This document shows, piece by piece, positions 56,721-64,000 of a DNA stretch of 64,000 nt. The position numbers and the translations under genes were made by a program. The first letter of the stretch is position 1; every line of letters begins with the position of its first letter. The notes beneath the pieces were generated by a model. The model ran no database searches. It was not told the DNA's origin and saw only the letters and a list, made by a program, of their open reading frames with translations. Source of the DNA: Bdellovibrionales bacterium. GTDB lineage: Bacteria > Bdellovibrionota > Bdellovibrionia > Bdellovibrionales > Bdellovibrionaceae. The stretch is from the NCBI GenBank assembly GCA_043747425.1, contig JAYTPC010000138.1, positions 21,271 through 85,270 of the forward strand, written 5' to 3'.

Positions 56721-58684
56721 AGAGCCTGTAACGAAAAAGGAGAATTCGTTTTCTTTAACAACTGAAAGCGCTTAACTGATAACGTTGGACTTTGAATGGT
56801 CAAAAGGCCTTCGACAGATTCGTCTTCTTTCCATTCGCCTTTGGCTTTTAAAGTCTGTAAAGACTGGGGATTCGAACTTGGCTTTAATTTAGTTTCCATA
56901 TCGAAGGTCATATTTTTCCAGTCTACACCTTTCAGATTAAAAACAAAATGATCCGCCGAATACATTTTATCGTTTAAAACAGAATCTGGATTAAACAGTT
57001 GTTTCAAAAAATCAGTTTCCGCTAGACTTGCATCTAAAAAAGCATTTGGTACTTTTATTGTCAGAGCTAGCCCAGAACTTATCCCGCCTGATATCGACTG
57101 CAACATCTGCATTTCTGGTGCTTCAAAAACAATACCTTTCGATTTTAAGCTATCTACGTACAGATAGATCTGATGACGTTCTTGGTCCGCTTTCTTGTAG
57201 ACCCAATGCAATTTAACATCTGGATTCTGCGTGGTTTCTGTCAGTAATGTCCAAATATTCTCTGATAGTAACTTGCCACTGAGCTGTGCTTCTGCCTGAG
57301 TGTTAAACGATTTTATATTATGTTGAATCGTTGCGCCACCCGTTAGCGGATTGTTATTTAAACTAAAATTACTTAATTTGAGTTGAACGGCGTCATCTTT
57401 AAAACTTCCTAAGACTTCCAGATTATCAACTTTCAATATTTCGCGACGTCCACGATTAGAAAAAATAAATTCAAAGTTTGAAAGCGAACCTTGTAAACCC
57501 ATCTGCTGTTTGTTTTCAAACTTGAACCGTCCAGAAAATTCGCCAAAGTTCTCTACACTGGGAGCCACGCTCCCAATCGACGATAAATTCTCTAGTTTAT
57601 TTAAATTTAATTGTTTGATGTCAGCTTCAAAAGCAGAGACATCGAAAGAACTTTCCAGTGACTGAAGTTCCACATCGGGGATTTCAATAAAAATACGATC
57701 ACCTGTAATTTGTATATTTTTTAGATGAGATCGGCTGTCTACTTTTTTACCGAACTGAATTTCGCTAAGGCCTTGAAAGCTTAAGGCTACCGGGTAATTC
57801 AGTAAGAAGGAATCTGTAAGGCTTAACTGTTTCAAGGGCTTCAATGAAATATTCTGAAGTGTATACTCAGATTTCAGTTTTTTAAGAACAGCATCATAAA
57901 AAAAATAGGCCTGAACTTGGCCATCAATAAACTGCCCGTTTAGTTTCGCTTCGGCATTAACCTGATCCACGTCTCCTGCTGATAACTGCAGCCCTAAATC
58001 TCCACGAAAATAAACTAAATTACTTTGTGAGTCTTTTAAAGCATTCACTTTTGAATTTAATAAAATCTTACTCAAATGGCCATTCAAGTAGCTAAGATCA
58101 AGTTGGACTTGCCTGAGTTCTAAAGCTTGCTTTGGAAAATTTTTGAATATGAGCTTTAGTTGATCTATTTTTACTTTTTCCAGCAGTGCGGCTGTCTGCA
58201 ACTGAAAAATATTTTTTTCAGCTGTTGGCGTTGTTTTTGTAGATTCTGAAATAGAATTGGCCGCGGAACTTGTGGCAGACTCCTCTTTAAGGCAATTATC
58301 AAATTCGGCAATTCTAAGCTCGACGATTGAAGCCGAAATTTCTGTGATTGTGCTTTTAGAAGTTATTAATGAAATTAAACTTAAAGGTACGCTTAAATTT
58401 TCAATATAAAGCTGTGAATTATGACAAGTAGCCTTTTTGGGACTTAAACGAATCTGGGTAATCTCAAGAAAAGGATTAGGTAAACCCCAGCTTGATAATT
58501 TAACTTCTGCTGTTTTAAAATCAATAATAAAATCTTTGTCTAAACGGCTTAATGATTTCTGTATGACAGCCTGAATTTTTTTTTGGGTAATTTGACTTTT
58601 AATTGTTAAGCCTAAAACAAGCGATATCACAATACCGATAAAAACGAATCTAAACCCAGACTGATCAATGACCGCTCGACTCAT
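56717..58684 (-). CDS. Large membrane-anchored protein, AsmA-like
   Basis: 655 aa with a single N-terminal TM helix followed by a long beta-rich, repeat-like sequence. The N-terminal region resembles AsmA-family proteins. The assignment is tentative. Confidence 0.5.
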   Translation of the reverse strand: MSRAVIDQSGFRFVFIGIVISLVLGLTIKSQITQKKIQAVIQKSLSRLDKDFIIDFKTAEVKLSSWGLPNPFLEITQIRLSPKKATCHNSQLYIENLSVPLSLISLITSKSTITEISASIVELRIAEFDNCLKEESATSSAANSISESTKTTPTAEKNIFQLQTAALLEKVKIDQLKLIFKNFPKQALELRQVQLDLSYLNGHLSKILLNSKVNALKDSQSNLVYFRGDLGLQLSAGDVDQVNAEAKLNGQFIDGQVQAYFFYDAVLKKLKSEYTLQNISLKPLKQLSLTDSFLLNYPVALSFQGLSEIQFGKKVDSRSHLKNIQITGDRIFIEIPDVELQSLESSFDVSAFEADIKQLNLNKLENLSSIGSVAPSVENFGEFSGRFKFENKQQMGLQGSLSNFEFIFSNRGRREILKVDNLEVLGSFKDDAVQLKLSNFSLNNNPLTGGATIQHNIKSFNTQAEAQLSGKLLSENIWTLLTETTQNPDVKLHWVYKKADQERHQIYLYVDSLKSKGIVFEAPEMQMLQSISGGISSGLALTIKVPNAFLDASLAETDFLKQLFNPDSVLNDKMYSADHFVFNLKGVDWKNMTFDMETKLKPSSNPQSLQTLKAKGEWKEDESVEGLLTIQSPTLSVKRFQLLKKTNSPFSLQAL

Positions 58685-58686
58685 CG

Positions 58687-59166
58687 TTAAACAAATCTAA
58701 AGGCCAAAATTTCATACTCTTTGTCACCCTTAGGACTTTGCACAGTAATCAAGTCTCCGACTTTTTTACCAATCATGGCCCTGGAAAACGGCGACATTAT
58801 TGAAATCATATTTTGTTTTACATTTGCTTCATCCACGCCAACGATCTGGTACGTCAGTTTTTCATCTGTCTCGGTATCAACCATATCTACTGTTGCACCG
58901 AACACAATGCGTTCAGATTTGATTTCAGACGGTACGACAACCTCTGCACCGGCCAATTTACCTTGCAGTTCGCCAATACGACCCTCGATCATTGACTGCC
59001 GCTCTTTAGCGGCATCATATTCGGCGTTTTCACTGATGTCGCCGTGAGCCCTAGCTTCCTCGATTGCGCGGATGATGGCTGGTCTTTCTTCAAGCATAAG
59101 TTTTTTTAATTCGGTATCCATCATCTGTTTACCGCGAAGTGTAATAGGCAATACGTCTTGAGCCAT
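58687..59166 (-). CDS. greA: Transcription elongation factor GreA
   Basis: 159 aa. ARAHGDISENAEYDAAKERQ is the coiled-coil tip, followed by a C-terminal FKBP-like domain. Confidence 0.95.
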   Translation of the reverse strand: MAQDVLPITLRGKQMMDTELKKLMLEERPAIIRAIEEARAHGDISENAEYDAAKERQSMIEGRIGELQGKLAGAEVVVPSEIKSERIVFGATVDMVDTETDEKLTYQIVGVDEANVKQNMISIMSPFSRAMIGKKVGDLITVQSPKGDKEYEILAFRFV

Positions 59167-59309
59167 GGTGTAACCTTTCAGCTTTGCAATTTATCAGGTT
59201 GCAATTAAATCATTTTGTTCACTCTACAAAAGCCCTATTTTATACCAAAATTTCATGTATTGAACAATGACTGAGGACAGACCATGGTGCGTCAAAGTAG
59301 ACTTATCCG

Positions 59310-60284
59310 ATGTTGTTAGTTCAAGAAATTCAAAAAGCGCAAAATATAATCCTTTCGACCCATAAAAGTTCAGATGGCGATGGTCTTGGTAGTGAAATAT
59401 CAATGTATTTGGCGCTGACGAAATTAAAAAAATCGGTGCACTTCTTTCATGCCGATACAATTCCGACCAGGTATCATTTTTTAACAGAAAGAATTGCTTC
59501 AAAAGCTTTCTGCAATTCTTTGGCTTTGCTACCCACTGAAAAAACAGATTTAGTTTTGATTTTTGATACTCATGATCCAAAACTTTGCTCTCCGCTTTTT
59601 GAGTATGCAACCGCCAAAAATATTCCCATTTATTTTATCGACCATCACGTCCCAACAGACTACAGAACAAAAAAATCTAATATCATCATTGATGAAAAGG
59701 CCTCTTGCACTGGTGAAATGGTTTTTGATCTGATAAAAAAGCTAGGTATTCAGATAGATGAACAAATGGCTGCAGCGCTTTATGCTAGTCTTATCTTCGA
59801 CACTCAGAATTTCAAATTGATTCGCGATTTTAAACGCCCGTTCCAAATGGCCAGTGAACTATTATCTCTGGGTATCGACTACGAAAAAATCCAACAGCAA
59901 CTTTTTGCACATTGGAACATTTCAAAAATAAATTATTTATCATTTGTTATCTCTCAGGTGGTTTATAAGAAGCAAAATACCGTGGCCATCATAAAAATAC
60001 TGAAGCTAGACCTTGAAAAATACAATGTCTCCGTTGATCAGGTCAGTGATTTTGTAGATCTGTTTATGCAAATAAATTCTCTATCATTGGCCGTAGTCAT
60101 TCGGGAAGATTCAGTCAATTTTCACAAACTTAGTTTTCGTTCTCGCCACAACGACAATGCTTTATTATTTGCAAGATCCTTTGGCGGCGGCGGCCACAAT
60201 ATGTCTTCTGGTGCATGGGTCGAAAAATCTATGGTTCAGATAGAGCATTCTTTAGATATATTGATTCAAAATTCTGCGGATTAA
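59310..60284 (+). CDS. nrnA: DHH/DHHA1 phosphoesterase, NrnA-like (nanoRNase/pAp phosphatase)
   Basis: 324 aa with HKSSDGDGLGS, FIDHHVP and GGGGH motifs. Confidence 0.82.
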   Translation: MLLVQEIQKAQNIILSTHKSSDGDGLGSEISMYLALTKLKKSVHFFHADTIPTRYHFLTERIASKAFCNSLALLPTEKTDLVLIFDTHDPKLCSPLFEYATAKNIPIYFIDHHVPTDYRTKKSNIIIDEKASCTGEMVFDLIKKLGIQIDEQMAAALYASLIFDTQNFKLIRDFKRPFQMASELLSLGIDYEKIQQQLFAHWNISKINYLSFVISQVVYKKQNTVAIIKILKLDLEKYNVSVDQVSDFVDLFMQINSLSLAVVIREDSVNFHKLSFRSRHNDNALLFARSFGGGGHNMSSGAWVEKSMVQIEHSLDILIQNSAD

Positions 60285-60679
60285 GAAATTTTAAACTGGT
60301 CTAATAAGGCAGTGATGTCCGCTTTGCAGGAACCACAGCCTGTACCTGCTAATGTTGCCCGGCCGACATCTTCGATTTGCTGACAGCCTTGCTTTATAGC
60401 TTCGAACACACGCTCAGTTGGCACCATTCGGCAATGGCAAAGCTCTGCATGTTCGTAGGTCAGTTTAAATTTCATCTGACACTTGTAAATAAATTCATTT
60501 ATTAAAAGATCTTCCTGAGACTTGGCAGTTTCTATAACCTGCCAACTGCGGGGATCAGGACCAAACTTTGTTTTTAAATCATTCATTTTCTCGATCAGGT
60601 CGACGGAACCTATGACGTGAACGCGACCATCTTTAAAACTAATTTCAGATTGAAAAGGGCTTTTACAAACAATATGCAT
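60281..60679 (-). CDS. Protein with a C-terminal BFD-like [2Fe-2S]-binding domain
   Basis: 132 aa. The C-terminal CHCRMVPTERVFEAIKQG...AGTGCGSCK has the CxC...CxxC spacing of Bfd-like domains. The N-terminal ~75 aa are unassigned. Confidence 0.7.
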   Translation of the reverse strand: MHIVCKSPFQSEISFKDGRVHVIGSVDLIEKMNDLKTKFGPDPRSWQVIETAKSQEDLLINEFIYKCQMKFKLTYEHAELCHCRMVPTERVFEAIKQGCQQIEDVGRATLAGTGCGSCKADITALLDQFKIS

Positions 60680-60744
60680 CAGGAATAGGTTAACCCTGGA
60701 AAAACAGCTTGCGCAAGTCTAGGCCGAAGAAAGGGGAAATGACG

Positions 60745-62058
60745 CTAAGTCAGACCTTTTTTGTATTCTGCTAAAGCCCGAGCCCTGGCGAAAACATGCT
60801 CAACCATGGGTGCAACGTATTTGGTTGTGCCGAATTCAGGAACCCACTTTTTTACATACACGTTATCTTTATCAAACTTTTCAAGCTGAGTTTCAGGATT
60901 AAAAACTCTAAAGTATGGAGCTGCATCACAACCCGTGCCAGCGGCCCATTGCCAATTTCCATTGTTTGCAGACAAATCATAATCTAGCAATTTTTCGGCA
61001 AAATATTTTTCGCCAAGTGACCAGTGCATTAATAAATGTTTCGTTAAAAACGAAGCCACCACCATACGCACTCGGTTGTGCATATGTCCGGTTTCGTTCA
61101 ATTCGCGCATTCCAGCATCAACTAAGGGGTATCCAGTTTGTCCGGCGCACCACTTCTGAAATTCAGTCTTGTCTGTGCGCCAAGCTATGTTCTCATATTG
61201 CGGTCTGAAGCTTTTGTCTTGGACCGCCGGGTAATGCCAAAGAATTTGCATAAAAAAATCACGCCAAATAATTTCACTGAGCCAAACATCAGAAAGCTTC
61301 TGAGCAACTTTTGCGACTTCGCGCACGCTGATCGTCCCAAATCGCAAATGAATACCTAGTCGTGATGTTCCGTCATTCAAAGCGGGAAAATTTCTATTCT
61401 CGGCATAATTTTCCAGAATCGATTTTTTAGTCATTTTCGGTGGGTATGCAAAAGGGAAATCTTCAAAACCCATTTGCTTCAGAGTAATCATCGAAATCGG
61501 TTTGATCTTAATAAAATTCTTTTCAAAATCCTCTACGGGGTAGGCGCGCAGATTTTCTGCCGTCAAATTTTTAAGCCATTTTTTTTTGTAAGGTGTATAT
61601 ACAGTGTAAGGCTTGCCAGAATCGGCAACGACTTCATTTTTTTCAAAAATGCATTGGTCCTTGAAGGACTTAAATTCGATTTGCGCAGAATCACACCATT
61701 TTTTAATCTGCCCGTCTCTTTCGGTCGCGTAGGGCTCGTAATCATGGTTCGTATAAATACTGGCGATTTCATGTTCCGTAGCCAATTTTTTTAAAACATC
61801 TATGGGTTTACCAAGCTGAACAGAAAGGTCGTATCCGTTTTCTTGCAATACCTGCTTCATAGCAGCAATCGTCTGATGGATAAACAAAACTCGGGCATCT
61901 TTTTTTGGTAATTTACTTAAAATTTCGGTATCAAAAATAAACACAGGCAGCACGTTCTGGTTTTCTTTTAAAGCTTGAAACAATCCCACGTTGTCTTTAA
62001 GCCTTAAATCACGCCGAAACCAAAACAAAGTTATCTTGTCATTTTTTTTATATGTCAT
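60745..62058 (-). CDS. Deoxyribodipyrimidine photolyase / cryptochrome family protein
   Basis: 437 aa with LFWFRRDLRLKDN at the N-terminus and a FAD-binding C-terminus (GNWQWAAGTGCDAAPYFRVFNP). Confidence 0.88.
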   Translation of the reverse strand: MTYKKNDKITLFWFRRDLRLKDNVGLFQALKENQNVLPVFIFDTEILSKLPKKDARVLFIHQTIAAMKQVLQENGYDLSVQLGKPIDVLKKLATEHEIASIYTNHDYEPYATERDGQIKKWCDSAQIEFKSFKDQCIFEKNEVVADSGKPYTVYTPYKKKWLKNLTAENLRAYPVEDFEKNFIKIKPISMITLKQMGFEDFPFAYPPKMTKKSILENYAENRNFPALNDGTSRLGIHLRFGTISVREVAKVAQKLSDVWLSEIIWRDFFMQILWHYPAVQDKSFRPQYENIAWRTDKTEFQKWCAGQTGYPLVDAGMRELNETGHMHNRVRMVVASFLTKHLLMHWSLGEKYFAEKLLDYDLSANNGNWQWAAGTGCDAAPYFRVFNPETQLEKFDKDNVYVKKWVPEFGTTKYVAPMVEHVFARARALAEYKKGLT

Positions 62059-62087
62059 TTGACCTTTTACCTTACATCGAATTTAAA
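62059..62087 (+). promoter_or_regulatory. Candidate sigma70-type promoter for the ABC1-kinase gene
   Basis: TTGACC (62059-62064), a 17-nt spacer, then TTTAAA (62082-62087), 22 nt upstream of the ATG at 62110. Sequence match only. Confidence 0.3.
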
Positions 62088-62109
62088 AACAGATTAATAT
62101 CTCACAACT

Positions 62110-63468
62110 ATGCCAGACAACAAGAAAAAGCCTGAGAAACTAAAGCAAATTAAATCATCGCTTTTTGCTCGCAGTTTTTCTGTAGCAAAAATGGGAATCG
62201 GAGCCGGACTAAAGTATGCCGGAACTAAAATAACCAACTCACCATTCGATGAATTCTTAACGGGTCAGGCAATCAGCATGACCAAAGAATTTGGCGAGTT
62301 AAAAGGAAGCTTGATGAAGGCTGGGCAAATGCTTTCGATGTACGGAGAGTATTTTTTTCCACCGCAAGCCAATCAAGTCCTAAAATCCTTACAATCTGAT
62401 TCTCCACCCGTTGTCTGGAGCAAGATGCAAGAGCATCTCAGTGAATATCTGCCTGCCGAGCTGCTTTCGGAATTAGAAATAGATCCTGAATCTATTGGTA
62501 GCGCATCTCTAGGCCAAGTACACAAAGCTAGAATTATCAAAACAAATGAAATCATCGCTTTAAAAATTCAATACCCAGACGTTGATAAAGCCATCGATTC
62601 AGATTTGAAAGCGTTAAAAACTTTATTGAAACTGTCACGCATTTTGCCAGAAGGTCTGGATTTGGATCCAATTTTTAAAGAAATCAAAACCATGCTGGAA
62701 CAAGAATTAGATTATCAACAAGAGGCTACCGCCACGAAATTGTATCAACAAAAAGTAGATTCAGATTTGCGCTATAAAGTGCCGAAAATTTTTGATCGCT
62801 ATAGCAATAAAAAAGTTTTAGCGACTGAGTATTTAGAAGGATTAAAAGCAGATCACCCGCTGGTACAAAACCTGAGCCAAAAACGACGTAACCAACTGGC
62901 CGAGAATTTTTTAGAGCTTTATTTAAAAGAAATTTTTTCCTGGAACCTTGTGCAGACAGATCCACATCTAGGAAATTACAAGATCCAGTTGGATCCGCTA
63001 GGAAAAGACAGAATAGTGCTTTTAGATTTTGGAGCTTGTCGCAGCTTCTCAGCGAAATTTATTGATGCTTACCGCCGCATGATCCAGGGATCTATTCAAT
63101 TCAATGAGCCGCTATTTTTCAATGCAGCCCGCGATCTGGGTTTTATTAAGGACACAGATTCCCCTGAATACGTTAAAACATTTTCGACATTTTGTTATGA
63201 GACCGTTGAGCCCTTTTGGACTGCAGATGATGTGCGAAATTTAGATGGCAAAGTACAACCAGATGGGACTTACAACTGGAAACAGACGGATCTGCCAGGC
63301 CGAGTTGTCAAAAAGGCCATGCAGTTTAAAAACTTTGATTTACGATCGCCACCGCAAGAGATTTTATTTTTAGATAGAAAAACCGGTGGAGTTTTTATTT
63401 TCCTATCTGTGCTATCTGCAGATATTAATGCCAGAAAAATTATTGAACCTTTTTTAAAGCCAAGTTGA
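62110..63468 (+). CDS. ABC1/UbiB-family atypical protein kinase
   Basis: 452 aa with IGSASLGQVHKARI...IALKIQYPDV and TDPHLGNY motifs. Confidence 0.82.
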   Translation: MPDNKKKPEKLKQIKSSLFARSFSVAKMGIGAGLKYAGTKITNSPFDEFLTGQAISMTKEFGELKGSLMKAGQMLSMYGEYFFPPQANQVLKSLQSDSPPVVWSKMQEHLSEYLPAELLSELEIDPESIGSASLGQVHKARIIKTNEIIALKIQYPDVDKAIDSDLKALKTLLKLSRILPEGLDLDPIFKEIKTMLEQELDYQQEATATKLYQQKVDSDLRYKVPKIFDRYSNKKVLATEYLEGLKADHPLVQNLSQKRRNQLAENFLELYLKEIFSWNLVQTDPHLGNYKIQLDPLGKDRIVLLDFGACRSFSAKFIDAYRRMIQGSIQFNEPLFFNAARDLGFIKDTDSPEYVKTFSTFCYETVEPFWTADDVRNLDGKVQPDGTYNWKQTDLPGRVVKKAMQFKNFDLRSPPQEILFLDRKTGGVFIFLSVLSADINARKIIEPFLKPS

Positions 63469-63473
63469 CACAC

Positions 63474-64000
63474 ATGAGCTTTGATTATCTGATCGTTATT
63501 TTAAGTTACAACCACCCGGAATTAACAAAAAAAACTGTGGATTCGGTTTTGGCGTTGGGGTTTCCACCGTCAAAAACAATTTTAGTTCACAATGGCAGTG
63601 ATCCAAAGAATGTAAATATTTTAAAAAATGCGTTTTCTGAAATTGATCACATATCTATGCCTGAAAATAAAGGCTACACCGGCGGAGCTAATTTTGGCTT
63701 GAATCATGGTTTTTCAAAGAACGATGCTATTTTATTCTTAACAAACGATACAGAGGTTTTGCAATTACCAGAAACGTTTCCAGATAAATTGGATGTGTTT
63801 TCTGTTTTGATTTCAAAACGAAATTCCTCGACGGTAGATTCCGTTTATGGCGAAGTAAATTTACGCACGGGTTCATTAATTCATGTGCGTGAACTTGCAG
63901 ATTCAAAACCGAAAGATTACATAAAAATGTACATTCCAGGTACGGCGTTTGGTATTACCAAAAAAGCGTTCCAGCTATTGAACGGGTTTGATGAAACGTA
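63474..64000 (+). CDS. Family 2 glycosyltransferase (5' part; runs off the window)
   Basis: My translation from the ATG at 63474 reads MSFDYLIVILSYNHPELTKKTVDSVL...ENKGYTGGANFGL...LTNDT, a typical GT2 N-terminal domain. Confidence 0.75.
   Translation, partial: MSFDYLIVILSYNHPELTKKTVDSVLALGFPPSKTILVHNGSDPKNVNILKNAFSEIDHISMPENKGYTGGANFGLNHGFSKNDAILFLTNDTEVLQLPETFPDKLDVFSVLISKRNSSTVDSVYGEVNLRTGSLIHVRELADSKPKDYIKMYIPGTAFGITKKAFQLLNGFDET

Noticed and set aside
1-64000. Window-wide search for tRNA/rRNA/tmRNA genes, CRISPR arrays, IS elements, integrases, and phage or defence genes.
   Set aside because: All gaps longer than 60 bp were read by eye. None shows tRNA T-arm/acceptor patterns, spaced direct repeats, terminal inverted repeats or transposase-like ORFs. 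Every ORF longer than 150 aa is accounted for by a housekeeping or hypothetical call.

Overview
This is a dense, mostly housekeeping chromosomal window from an AT-rich bacterium. About 70 protein genes are tightly packed, often with 1-40 nt overlaps, and most lie on the minus strand up to about 40 kb. The gene content mixes Gram-negative envelope functions with modules better known from Firmicutes. The envelope side includes a beta-barrel OMP ending in Phe, an AsmA-like protein, TatA, Mpl/LdcA murein recycling and lipoproteins. The Firmicute-style side includes RNase Y, cdaA-cdaR-glmM, split purS/purQ/purL and a NifS-like desulfurase next to mnmA. I associate that mixture with Bdellovibrio-like/Oligoflexia lineages, but this is an inference I cannot verify here.

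Main blocks:
- msrB/msrA, sufE and mutS.
- One long minus-strand string: purM-purN-orf313-purB-purC-purS-purQ-purL-purF-ldcA-serine hydrolase-mpl.
- An OMP and an NSS transporter.
- A chain of desulfurase-mnmA-mtaB-rnc-era-der.
- tsaE-pdxJ-glmM-cdaR-cdaA-ftsH-tilS.
- glpX, pgsA, rny and fadE.
- sohB and a peptide ABC transporter in the order DFABC.
- tatA, then greA-asmA-like-GDPD.
- nrnA, a photolyase with a Bfd-like protein, an ABC1 kinase and a partial GT2 glycosyltransferase.

I recognised no rRNA, tRNA, CRISPR array, transposase, integrase or phage gene. I also do not see a convincing multi-gene novel system such as a defence island.

The items most worth a second look are:
1. msrA has no start codon and sits one frame away from secreted msrB across an A10 run. 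This is either recoding or an error.
2. An unrecognisable 313-aa ORF is translationally coupled inside the pur operon.
3. An orphan plus-strand intrinsic terminator, with a hairpin and a tandem 10-mer, lies upstream of fadE. It is a candidate sRNA.
4. A lipase-like gene fragment is cut off by a perfect palindrome.
5. A cytoplasmic beta-lactamase-fold hydrolase is wedged between ldcA and mpl.

All product calls rest on motifs I can read in the supplied translations. No database search was possible.
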